Source of the DNA: Podarcis erhardii
Lineage: Eukaryota
Length of the DNA stretch: 64,000 nt
Assembly: GCA_964252035.1 (NCBI GenBank)
Contig: OZ176207.1
Direction: 5' to 3' (one strand)
The notes under the pieces are model-generated. The model saw only the letters and a list, made by a program, of their open reading frames with translations, made no database searches and was not told the origin of the DNA. Of the stretch, positions 37,961-48,556 are shown one piece after another. The stretch's first letter is position 1. The number at the start of each line of letters is the position of its first letter. Both the position numbers and the translations under genes were made by a program.

Positions 37961-38703
37961 AAAACCTATTGGTGTTTCACAACTTTCTTTTTTTTCCCCC
38001 ATGAGTCCAGCATTTATTAAAGATTCCATCCAAAATAAAGATTTGTCATCAAAATGTTATATTCTTGCATCACAGTTATCTGTGAATTTTCACAACTGTG
38101 CAGCTCAAACACACAAATGTGGGTAGCATCCATTTAAGATCAGTCTCTAATTTAAGTGAGTCCAGGAAAGGAATCAACACTTCCTATCTGAAAGGAAATA
38201 TGAGCAGCAAAAATAAGGGAAAAACATGAAAGAAAAAAGTGTAATGTATTATTACATTGCTGAAACTACCCACAGAACTAGCAGAAACCCACTTCAATAA
38301 ATTTGCCAAAAGGCTTTTAAACATCAGATTTATGTATACAAAAATCTTACAATGCATCTTTAAAGAGTTGTTTCTATCCTGAATTTGTAGTAGGAAAAAA
38401 CCACACACATCCAAATAGTGTTTCTATTTTATGTAAACTTACAGTTATGTTGCATCAAAAAAGTTGCAAACCCTCTGCAACATTTTACTCAACTTGCAGA
38501 TGTTTAGGTTGACAAATAAACTTTCCCAAAAAATTAAATGTATCTGACCAGGTTTCTCTTTCAATATTTCCATGAATAGGCAGAATAGACATTTCCCACT
38601 ACATTGAACGATACATACATATATGTATGTATATGTATATTCAATATTAAAAGCTTAACATATATTTAATATAAAGCATAAATATTCATAAAAAACTTAA
38701 CAG

Positions 38704-39052
38704 TGTTCAAATGTTCAGCCTAAATCTGCCGAGTATTTGACTAGTTGCAGGACCTTAGCCAGACCTAGCAGAGTAAATGCAGAGTTCACAAAAGTGATTG
38801 GCAATTTGGCTGCAGGCAGGATGGACGAAGCAGGAACCAGGAACTTGTAGTGAGGTGTTTATTATATACAGTGGACTATTTACAGGAACAGAACAGAACA
38901 TGGATCTTTAGCTAGTTCTCTCATACACGACTCACAACTCTCAACCTCCAACTCCTACACTGACACTCGTACTAGTTAGTAGGCCATTAATCATTATTCC
39001 CTTGAGGGAGCTTGACCAATCATGGAGCTGTCTCCATGCCTCTGTATCACCA
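38704..39052 (-). mobile_element. Probable solo LTR
   Basis: TG...CA ends, minus-strand AATAAA near 38860, LTR-like composition; no TSD, boundaries uncertain. Confidence 0.4.
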
Positions 39053-39054
39053 GG

Positions 39055-39290
39055 CAGACTTACTCCTTCACATTGCCTTTTGGCTGTCTGCCAAACCTTA
39101 ATTGACTCTGTGTGAGTAGCTGCACATATTCAGATTCCCAACAACATCTTTGTAACACAGCTGGTCTCCCAACAAGCCTGGTGCCTGAAGCTAGCTCTCC
39201 ATAGAGCACATCCTTGGGGATCTTGCCATCTTTCATTCTGTGGAGGTGACCAAGCCAGTGTACACGTTGCTGAGAAAGGAGTGACATACC
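39055..39290 (-). mobile_element. Old RTE-clade LINE remnant
   Basis: HWLGHLHRMKDGKIPKDVLYGEL, the conserved RTE WLGHxxRM motif. Confidence 0.65.
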
Positions 39291-39482
39291 TATTTAACCA
39301 TATGGTTAACAGAATTAACTTATCTATTTAGCCACAACGCAACCCAAGATTGGGTGAACAAGTGAGTCTTTAGTTTGTGCTGAAACCCTGGCACCAAGCG
39401 CAACTGAGTTGTGAGTTATGTTGATCATTAAATGATGATTGTCACGGGAGGATTACACAATGAACAGCGGGCTACAAGTTGT

Positions 39483-39530
39483 AATCAATCAATCAATCAA
39501 TCAATCAAAATAAAGAAATGAAATGAAATG
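39483..39530. repeat. Compound (AATC)n / (AAATG)n microsatellite
   Basis: Direct read. Confidence 0.85.
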
Positions 39531-40372
39531 AGTAGGACACCCTTACCTTCCAAGCTCATATATTTAAGAGCTTCCAAGAATGGGATCCAAAAGCAGAAAC
39601 AATAATTATAGGTAACAGGCAATTCATTGTTAAAAATTGCCTAATAGCCCTTTTAACAAAGGGAAGAAGTACTTGATGAATCATATTTGCCGTGTACCAT
39701 CAGTTTGGGAAGCGTACATATTTAAGTCTAACCTCACCACACCTTTCTTTTATCTTTCATCTTTATAAAACAGGTTAGTCTTCTACAGGGCAGAATATCA
39801 GGGCTCTGTTAGAAGAGGAGACTTATTTCTTTCCTTTTGTGTACGTAACCACATAAATTTGCTTTTGCGTATACATCTGCATAATTGCCTAAAATTATAA
39901 CAGAAAGTAATTTGCATGATTGCCCACACATCCTGACAATGTGCATGGTATCAAGTTGCCAGCTTTCGAATGGCATTCTGTAGTTGTCTATTTATTAGCC
40001 GTTTGATCTACAGCAATGAGGACGGCCTCCACTAGCATGGTGTCAGCCAGATGTTTTGTACTATAATTCCCATCAGCCCCTGCTGATACAAGGCCGTAGC
40101 CTTGTAAACATAATCTTCTGCAAATCCTTGGCCATATGCTAGGGCCCTATTAGCCTGTTGGATAATCTACCCCTGGTCAAAAACAGCTTTGATTTCACGT
40201 GTCAGTAAAATCCATCAAGAGGAGGGACTTTTACAGATGTTCTGACTGTTCTGAACTTATTTACAGATGACCTGAATGAAGCTTGTGGACCAACGGATCA
40301 CAGCTTGAGGACTCCACTATACATAGTGCTATGGGGTTTTTTTTAGGCTGAATGTCTTTCCCCTGCCTTCTA

Positions 40373-41654
40373 CCGTATTTTTCGCCCCATAGGGCGACCA
40401 GCCCATAGGGCGCACCTAGTTTTTTTTAGGGGGGGGGAAATAAAGAAAAAAAATTATTTCCCCCCCAGGCGCGGGGGCTAGAGCTTCCCCCGACCCCAGG
40501 CCCCAGAACAGGCTGCTCTCCGCTAGCCGTGGGAGGCCTTCCACGGCTTGCGGAGAGCTACCTGAAGCCCGGGCGTGACTGCTCAGCATGCCCGGGCTTC
40601 GGGATAAGAGGCAGCTCTGTGCAAGCTGGTGGAGGGCTCCTGCGGCTTGCGCAGAGCTACCCGAAGCCCAGCGTAACTGCTCTTTTTATTATTATTAATT
40701 TTTTTAAATAATATTTTTTACAAGTTACAAAAAGAAAAGAACAACAATGTCAAATACAAAAGCAAAAAAAATACAACAACGGCAACAGAGAAACAAATAA
40801 AAATACATTCTCTTAAAAAGAAAAAAAAGAGAAAAAAAGGAACCGATTAAACCTTTATATAACTTTTTTCCTTTACTTCTTTCCTTGACCTCCTCACACC
40901 TCCCAATTTTGTATTCTAGTTCAAATCGTTGTTTCAGCAAATCCTTCCAACCTAATTTTCATTTAAGTAATGTAATTTAATATGTTAAATTTTAACGTCC
41001 TCTCTTTCGTCAATTTCCTCAACTCATTTTTACTTAATCCTTTATATCATTTCTACCAAAACCACCTAACTTTCTTTTTCCAACATCTTTCTAACATTCC
41101 TTAATTTTACAATATTTTTGAAGATATGCTTTGAATTTTTTCCAATCTTCTTCCACCGACTCTTCCCCTTGGTCCCGGATTCTGCCGGTCATCTCAGCCA
41201 ATTCCATATAGTCCATCACTTTCGTCTGCCATTCTTCTCGGGTGGGTAATTCTTGTGTCTTCCAATACTTTGCGATGAGTATTCTTGCTGCTGCTGGCAT
41301 GACTGCTCAGCATGCCCGGGCTTCGGGATAAGAGGCAGCTCTGTGCAAGCTGGGGGAAGGCTCTCGCGGCTTGCGCAGGGCTACCTAAAGCCTGGGCGCG
41401 ACTGCTCAGCACGCCCAGGCTTCGGGGTGCAGGCAGCTCTCCGCAAGCTGTGGGAGCCCGGCGGGAACTCCCACGGGCTCCCAAGGCTTGCGGATAGCTT
41501 CCTGAAGCCTGGAGAGTGTGAGGGGTCGGTGCGCACCAACCTCTCTCGCTCTCCGGGCTTCAGTGAAAGCCTGCATTCGCCCCATAGGACACACACACAT
41601 TTCCCCTTCATTTTTGGAGGGGGGAAAGTGTGTCCTATAGGGCGAAAAATACGG
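40373..41654. mobile_element. Tc2/pogo-like MITE containing an L1 insertion
   Basis: TIR CCGTATTTTTCGCCC(C/T)ATAGG, TA TSD, internal GC-rich repeats. Confidence 0.82.
40683..41296 (-). mobile_element. 5'-truncated L1-type LINE (same family), inside a MITE
   Basis: AARILIAKYWKTQELPTREEWQ...KEC-stop; T-rich tail at 40683; imperfect TSD GCGTAACTGCTC / GCATGACTGCTC at 40671-82 and 41297-308. Confidence 0.85.
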
Positions 41655-41699
41655 TAATTCTTTGAACAGCCAGGCAAGCTTCCTGGTAAGGTTATGGGC

Positions 41700-42060
41700 T
41701 GTTAAGGGAACAAAGGAAAAGGCTCTGTGTGAGATGGCAAATCCCATCCCCCAACCTCAACTCAAGGGTAGTTAGAAAGACAAAGCCAGAACTGAGAGCA
41801 GAGTTGGAGCGATGTGAGCTAGAAGCAAAGTAGCAAGCAAGGAAGAGAGATAAAGAGCAATGTTTGATTTCTGTTGGAATCCAAGGCTTCAGCTATGGGG
41901 GAAGCAATGCCCTGAGAACCTCTTAATGAGGTGGCCTGTAAATATTGTAATTAAACAAATAAATATAAGTCCGCCAATGTGAAATCACGGTGTTATCTGT
42001 TGGCATCAGTGGTGGGAAGCTGAAAAAAACAGAGGGGAGGGGGAATGCAAGGAAGAAGGG
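41700..42060 (+). mobile_element. LTR-like fragment related to 30160-30475
   Basis: Shared motif GTTTGATTTCT...GAATCCAAGGCT..AGCTATGGG in both places. Confidence 0.4.
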
Positions 42061-42773
42061 CTGGCTGATGGGGACACTGACCCACAGCACTGCATAATGC
42101 AACATTTTGTGATTTGCTGCTTCTCCTGAAAAGGTTATTAAGACTTGCATTGACTTTATACATAGCAATTAAGAAGCAAAACAGTGACTAACAAACTGTA
42201 GGCAAAACAACTCCCCGAAGGATGTTGAATTGGCTGCTGAAGTTACATAGGCCTTCCTGCTCTTGCTTTCTCCGATAACCTTGGTGAAAGCTAACAGCTA
42301 CAACAGCTGACGAAGATAATTCTGCTGGGCGAAGGGCCTGATAAGAGAGCTGCTGTTCCCTGAGGCTTGCCGCAAGGGAGGTTTCAGTCAGAGAATGGGG
42401 TGGGTTGAGTGAGGCAGGAGCACTGGAGGGTTCTGGGAGACTGGTGTTTTGCATATGAGGTTGAATTTGTGTGAGGGCTGCATTTAGTATCTGGGAACTC
42501 AGCCAGGGATCCTCTTTGCAATTGTCATGGCGCCGGTGAATGGTTGATGACGTTTGCAAGAATGCCTCTGAGCATTTTCAAAGTGCCTGTCATTCCTCAC
42601 ACTGTTGAGCAGCTACAGTACCCTATGCAGAAAGTACTGCTGCCAGTAAGCTTGAGCTTCAGCACTAAGCAGGGTTGAGCTTTTTAGAATTGATAGGCTG
42701 ATTCTATGAACAGCCAATGCATCTTGTTGCACCGGTGCAACTGCACCCCTTAGATATTGCCTAACCTTTATAA

Positions 42774-43121
42774 GAGTGACGCGGGTGGCGCTGTGGGTTA
42801 AACCACAGAGCCTAGGACTTGCCAATCAGAAGGTCGGCGGTTCGAATCCCTGCGATGGGGTGAGCTCCCGTTGCGCAGTCCCAGCTCCTGCCAACCTAGC
42901 AGTTTGAAAGCTCGTCAGAGTGCAAGTAGATAAATAGGTACCGCTCCGGTGGGAAGGTAAATGGCATTTCCGTGCTCCGCTCTGGTTCGCTTGAAGCAGC
43001 TTAGTTATGCTAGCAACATGACCCAGCAGCTGTACGCCAGCTCCCTCAGCCAATAAAGCGAGATGAGCGCCGTAACCCCAGAGTCGGTCACAACTGAACC
43101 TAATGGTCAGGGGTCCCTTTA
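42774..43121 (+). mobile_element. Sauria SINE, full length
   Basis: TSD CCTAACCTTTATAA at 42760-73 and 43122-35. Confidence 0.9.
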
Positions 43122-43202
43122 CCTAACCTTTATAAAGGCCAAAGTCATTTGAGGCAACACTTACTTTCCCTGGAATCTTTGTCCCTTAATCCTAGAGGGG
43201 TT

Positions 43203-43800
43203 TGAAATATACTCGGAGTCGAGAGTGGATTTCATGCTCTTTATTCAGATCATAGTGGTGAGGAGAAATGGAAGTTCCCCCACAGTCAAAACAAAACAAA
43301 TTCCTTCCAGTAGCACCTTAAAGACCAACTAAGTCAGTTCTTGGTATGAGCTTCCGTGTGCATGCACTTCTTCTTCAGATACACTTCTTCAGATACAGTG
43401 TGCATGCACACGAAAGCTCATACCAAGAACTGACTTAGTTGGTCTTTAAGGTGCTACTGGAAGGAATTTGTTTTGTTTTGACTATGGCAGACCAACACGG
43501 CTACCTATCTGTAACTTCCCCCACAGTATCTGCTTTATATACATTATTTACACAATGGGCTGCACATGATTGGCTAATTCCGGGATTCTTTTGTAGGCCA
43601 ATCAGGTTGTGGATTCACTTCCTCCTGGAGTTGGATTGGGTGGCTCCTGCGGACCAATCATGCTGCTGCATTGTTCTAGGACTGCTGCATTCTGAATCCT
43701 ATTGTTCTAGGACCAATCAGACTGCTGCATTTTGGATCCTATTGTTCTAGGACCAATCAGACTGCTGCATTTTGGATCCTATTCAACTCAGTACATAACA
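43203..43800 (-). mobile_element. Solo LTR with CCAAT-rich 40-bp repeats
   Basis: Minus strand starts TGTTATGTAC and ends ...TATATTTCA, with AATAAA near its 3' end. Exact 40-mer duplication at 43701-40 / 43741-80. No clean TSD found. Confidence 0.65.
43287..43515 (+). mobile_element. Mini PLE terminal-repeat hairpin insertion, nested in a solo LTR
   Basis: Inverted arms about 43284-43367 / 43400-43483, 32-nt extension ending CTGTAAC, TSD TTCCCCCACAGT at 43275-86 and 43516-27. Left-arm hammerhead is degenerate (GAAA to GGAA). Confidence 0.9.
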
Positions 43801-44149
43801 GATGTGACCTACTTTTGAAAATCGTTATTTCTTTAGGCAGGATTCCACTCTGGACATGCTCAGGGGCAATCCCCTCTTCTTCCTTTTGCATGATGCAGAA
43901 GGCTGACCCTCAGCAGCCATAATTCATCCTACTGATTCTGGGATCGAGCCCTTGCTTTATAAAAAAAAAAAACAGCAGTCTGTGAAACACTCATCCAAAA
44001 AGAGGCACGAGAAAGAGAAGTGGGGAATTTGACTCCAACTCCCATCAGCCCCGGCCACTGTGGTCGAAAGCCCGGGGCTGATGGGAGCTGTAGTCCATCC
44101 ACATCTTGCACGAAGGGCAGGAGGGTGGTCTGTTGAGGGTGGGGAGAGG

Positions 44150-45650
44150 CGGAGCCCCTGCCAGACCCTGTCCCTTTGATTGGTTACCAAGACCAGTTTT
44201 AGCCGCCGTATTGGTGGAGAGGGAGCGGCCGGGGTCTGTCAAGGGGCACGGCGCGGCACGCCAGTCTTGTCACTCAGACTCCCCAACGTTCGTTAATCGG
44301 CGGGCGGGAGGGAGCGAGCGGGGGGGGGGGGGAACGCCTCCTCGCTCTTCCCATAGGCTGGACGGAGGTGTGGGCGGGGACGGAGAGAGAGAAAAAACAT
44401 GGAGAGGGCCGCCTCCTCGCTCTTCCCACAGGACGGACCGAGCCGTCCGGCGCCTGCGCAGAACCGCCCTGCCTCATTCTCTCCTCACGCACAGACGCGC
44501 GCACACAGCCTACTTTGCCGCGCTGCGCTTCTTTGCCCCCCCCCCCGACCCCTTTTACCTCAGCGCCGCCTGACCAGTCTCTGAGGCGAGCCGTGGAAGC
44601 CCGCCCCGCTCTGGGAGGAGGAGGAGGGAAAGATGCCCGGAGCCTCCTCGAGGCGGCGCAGGGAGCTGCCGCCGCCGCCGCCGCCGCCGCCGCTGTGACT
44701 CGAACCCCTTCCCAAGCCAGCGAAGGGAGCGGCCGCGAGAAAGAGCGAAAGCGTCTCCCATGAGCAGCGCCTCCCCCTCGCCAGGGCAGCGCCGCCCTTC
44801 GCCTCCCCAGCGCCGGTAGCGAGAGAGAGCGGGCGGGCGGGCGGGCCCCGCTCCGAAGGGGCCGGCGAGGCATGCCGTCGACGTGGCTGAGCTGCCGCCT
44901 GGCGCTGCGCTTGGGCTCCGGGTGGCCCGGCGGCTCCTCGCCCTCCGCGCTGCTTTCCCGCCTCAGCCTCCGGGCTCCGCAGCCCAGGGGCCTCCGCTGC
45001 TGCTGCTGCCGCCGCCGGTGCCTCCTGCCTCTGCCGAGCCAGCGCCGCTGCCTCAGCACCTTCCGAGGAAGGACGGTGGCTCCGGCGGCCTCGGCGGGCT
45101 CCCCGCGGTCTCTGGGCACGCACCCGAAGAAGGAGCCCATCGAGGCTCTGAACACGGCGCAAGGGGCGCGGGACTTCATCTACAGCCTCCACTCCACCGA
45201 GAGGAGCTGCCTGCTGAGGGAGCTGCACCGATTCGAGTCCATCGCCATCGCGCAAGGTAAGCAAAAGGGGCCGCCGGGGAAAGAAAGGGCTTCTGCCCGA
45301 CGCGGGATTCGAACCCACGACCCTGGTAGGTCCCGGGGGCTTTGCTTCTTGGCGCCGCTTCCCCGCCCCGGGCAAGTATTCGGAATTGAGAGAGAGAGAA
45401 GAGGAGCCAGGAAGAAGAAGAAGAAGAAGAAGAAGCGAAACTTTCCTACTTGGCGCATCGTTTCTCCCCTTCCGTATCTATAACGCGCTTACCCGGAGTT
45501 CAGCGAGGCTTAACTCCCAAGTAAAGCCTTGCGCGCCGCTTAAAGATTGCAGCCGGCGCTGGGCGTGAACTTGGGCAGCGGCCGCCGTTCTCCACCCGCC
45601 TTCGCCGTGCGATAATATCGCCCTGGAATGCACAAGATACAAGGATAATG
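44150..45650. promoter_or_regulatory. CpG island / TMEM65 promoter and exon 1
   Basis: GC/CpG-rich; NRF1-type motif GCGCCTGCGC at 44450-44459; (GCC)n run near 44667-44692. Boundaries approximate. Confidence 0.85.
44872..45256 (+). CDS. TMEM65: TMEM65 exon 1 coding part (mitochondrial presequence-like N-terminus)
   Basis: ATG 44872; ends ...LGTHPKKEPIEALNTAQGARDFIYSLHSTERSCLLRELHRFESIAIAQ, then G|GTAAGC donor at 45257. Confidence 0.95.
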
Positions 45651-47160
45651 TCCCCGAGCACATCCAGAGTGGCTTTCCTGGGATGCTGTGTAACCATAAC
45701 CAGCCACTGTAACTGGGGGGTTAAGGGGGAGGGTGTGGCTGTCAAGCAGGTTTGAGGCCTGGGTCTGGTACTGCTTTTGTCTGGAACGGGACAGGGATTC
45801 AGATGCTTTAGAAATAAACTGTTGAGGCTACGGCTGTGTGCTTGAAATGAATTCTGACTTGTATGGGGAAAGTGCCTGTCTTTAGTTCATGGACCCACCC
45901 ATCTGACTTCAGGAGGCAGAGCTTCCAAGTTAACAAACATGTTGTTTAGGGAGGCTTGATTGAGCCTCCAGGCCTAGGCATGGAAACACTGAAGGCATGC
46001 ACTAACCTGATATAGGGGGAAAAGTATTCACCCTATGTTGGTTTCCTAGCCCATGGCTAGCTGTGTGCAGGTGTGGCTTTTTTAGCTTGTCATTACAAAT
46101 GTTGCTTTTCCAGCATTTGGCAAGGTGTGCAGAAAGCTGAATTGCACACTTGATAGCAGTTGTACAGGGGCGACTTCTTACATACTGGGTGATCACATGC
46201 AGGATCTCTCCTGCCACATTTAGGGTTGTGCAAGTGATTTTTTGATTCTTTAATCTGTTCCATTCCAGTGTTTTGAATCGGTTGCGTCCAATACTTTGGG
46301 TCCCATTTGTGGATTGTTGCCAAGAAGATAGTCATGGTGTATTCTTGACATTGGTGTTCCCGTGGGTATACATGTACTGTAATCCAAATTCTGCTATCCC
46401 ATTTTCCTGCACTGTGTGCCTGATACTTTCCAGACTGAAGCAGGAAACAGAGCATGGTAACTTGGATACCTGGGAGTACTATTATGGTAAATTTAAGATG
46501 TGAATATTTTATAAATGGGGCAATTAAAAAAAAAAAGCTCTTATATGAAAAGGGAATCAATGAGAGCATAGTCTACTGTCTACAGCAGTAGAGAATAAAG
46601 CACAAACATTGATTTGATTGGAGGGCACATGACCAACTAAACTGTTCCATAGTTCTGAAACTGCATGTAGATGGCAGCTTGTTTCACAACACTGAAATGG
46701 AAGTACTAAAATTGGAGATATATCTGACCTAAGTGGTACTAACGAGCACTGGGATGGTTTGGAGCTAAAATTGCAGATTTGGAGACCATACCTCTTTTGC
46801 TAGCCTTAGTTTCTCTGTGCTAATTGCTTCTAGTGACAGTCTCTGTGAGGGTTTCAGGTGACAACTGCACTGATTCAGCACATCTTGTCAATGTAAAACT
46901 TTTCTAACTGCTTTGACTGTTGATGTATGGAGACTAAAATATGGCTATTGAACAACCCATTGATTTTGTATATTAATAAAAGATACAGAAGCCGTGGAAT
47001 AGGAATAACAGAATATACTTGATTGGGGATCCATCTTCTTTTAGTTAAGATTTTGGAAAAACTAGAGATTTTGCTAAAAGGAGAAGATACTGTACTTCTC
47101 AACTTCAGCCTGCACCACAGTATATGTTAAGAGTATTTTATTTGCTTATCTAGCATAATA

Positions 47161-47324
47161 CCGTATTTTTCTGTCTATAAGATGCCCCCATGTATAGGAC
47201 ACCCCCTATTTTGGGGACTCAGATTTAAGAAAATGGGGGGAGATGGCCCAGAGTATAAGATGCCCCCTAATTTTTGACATTATTTTTAGGGGGAAAACCT
47301 AGTCTTATACACTGAAAAATATGG
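47161..47324. mobile_element. Short diverged Tc2/pogo-like MITE
   Basis: CCGTATTTTTC ... GAAAAATATGG termini. Confidence 0.65.
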
Positions 47325-48556
47325 TGTTTTATTTGTCTATATCATCAATGTATGCAAGTACAGAGGTTGAGATGTGAAGCCGTGGGAAAAGCTAGATTTT
47401 TCCTTGTTTATTTTTTCATTTAAATTTCCCAGCTTTTTTCACAGGACTTCGCATCTCTGCAGATGACAGGTTCTTATCTAGGGGGCTTACAATCTATAAT
47501 TCAACACTGAAATGAAATAGAAGGTGATAGAAGTGGAACGAGGGTTGAACAGGATTTGTTTAGCCAAACTGAAGAGCCATAGAATAGTAGAAGTTAAAGA
47601 TATCCTGCAGTTTACTGGGCAGGTTTGCATAAAAAATAAATCATGGTTCAATTGTAACTGTGGTGTGTTCTTTTACGTTTACTGTAGTATTGTGTTATGG
47701 TAGCATTTTAGACCTCCAGCATATTGGATGGCATGTTTTCTTTGAAATCATGAATATTCCAGCATGTATTCTGTCACATTGAGCTGGCACATCAAATAGC
47801 TTGTTTTGGAACATTGCTTAATATAAAAGGCTTGTATCATAGTGTGAATAATGTCCATTCAGCTTTTTCCATAGTGAATAAGAGCAGCTGTTATGAGTTC
47901 CAAAGTGCATGCATGTGACAGCATCAGGTTGAAATGGCTTTAAAGATCATGTAAGGTTATCTTTCACATTGATTTTTTCACCTATTTTTCAGTTATATAG
48001 CAGGTTCCCAGCTGATAGTCTCCTAGATGAAAGGCTGAAGTGACTGGAGAACTGCAACCTTTAAAGTAGAAAAATGAGCAAATGCTAAATTTAAAGTTCA
48101 AGTGTTATAGGTTACTAGCAGCAAGCTTTCTTGGATAAGGTTTGAGGTTACAATACACATTTAGAAACTAGCTTGCATTTGACTCTGGGCCATGACTTTG
48201 GTAAATATGCCCTTGAAAAGGACACTTGGATGGCCCATAGTTAGGTACTCACAATCTGTTGCATTGGTATTGTTTAGCCTCAGATATGTGTTTACTCTTA
48301 ACCTTATATATAAAAATATAAATCAAAGCTTTAATATTGAGTCTTATAACTCTCAAATAGTTACTTCCTATATTTGTAACTTCAGTTCTGAAACAATCAG
48401 AATTTTCCTATCTTTTTCAAAATTCTAATTTCAAAATTCTTTCCTGCTTAAATCTTCCAAAAAATAAAAATAATTCTGATTTGGGTGTTGCAATGCAGGC
48501 TTATGTGATGCCTACACCACCTCACTCCAGCCTTTGTTTTGCAGAGCTGTAATTAA

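Noticed and set aside
42180-42740. Possible retroviral integrase remnant on the minus strand
   Set aside because: Only a vague GTLKML resemblance with in-frame stops; no convincing DDE or HHCC motif.
44106-45483. Multiple long overlapping ORFs (301, 271, 155, 131 aa and others)
   Set aside because: Low-complexity Arg/Pro/Gly/Ala frames from a stop-poor CpG island; only the 44872 frame matches a known protein.
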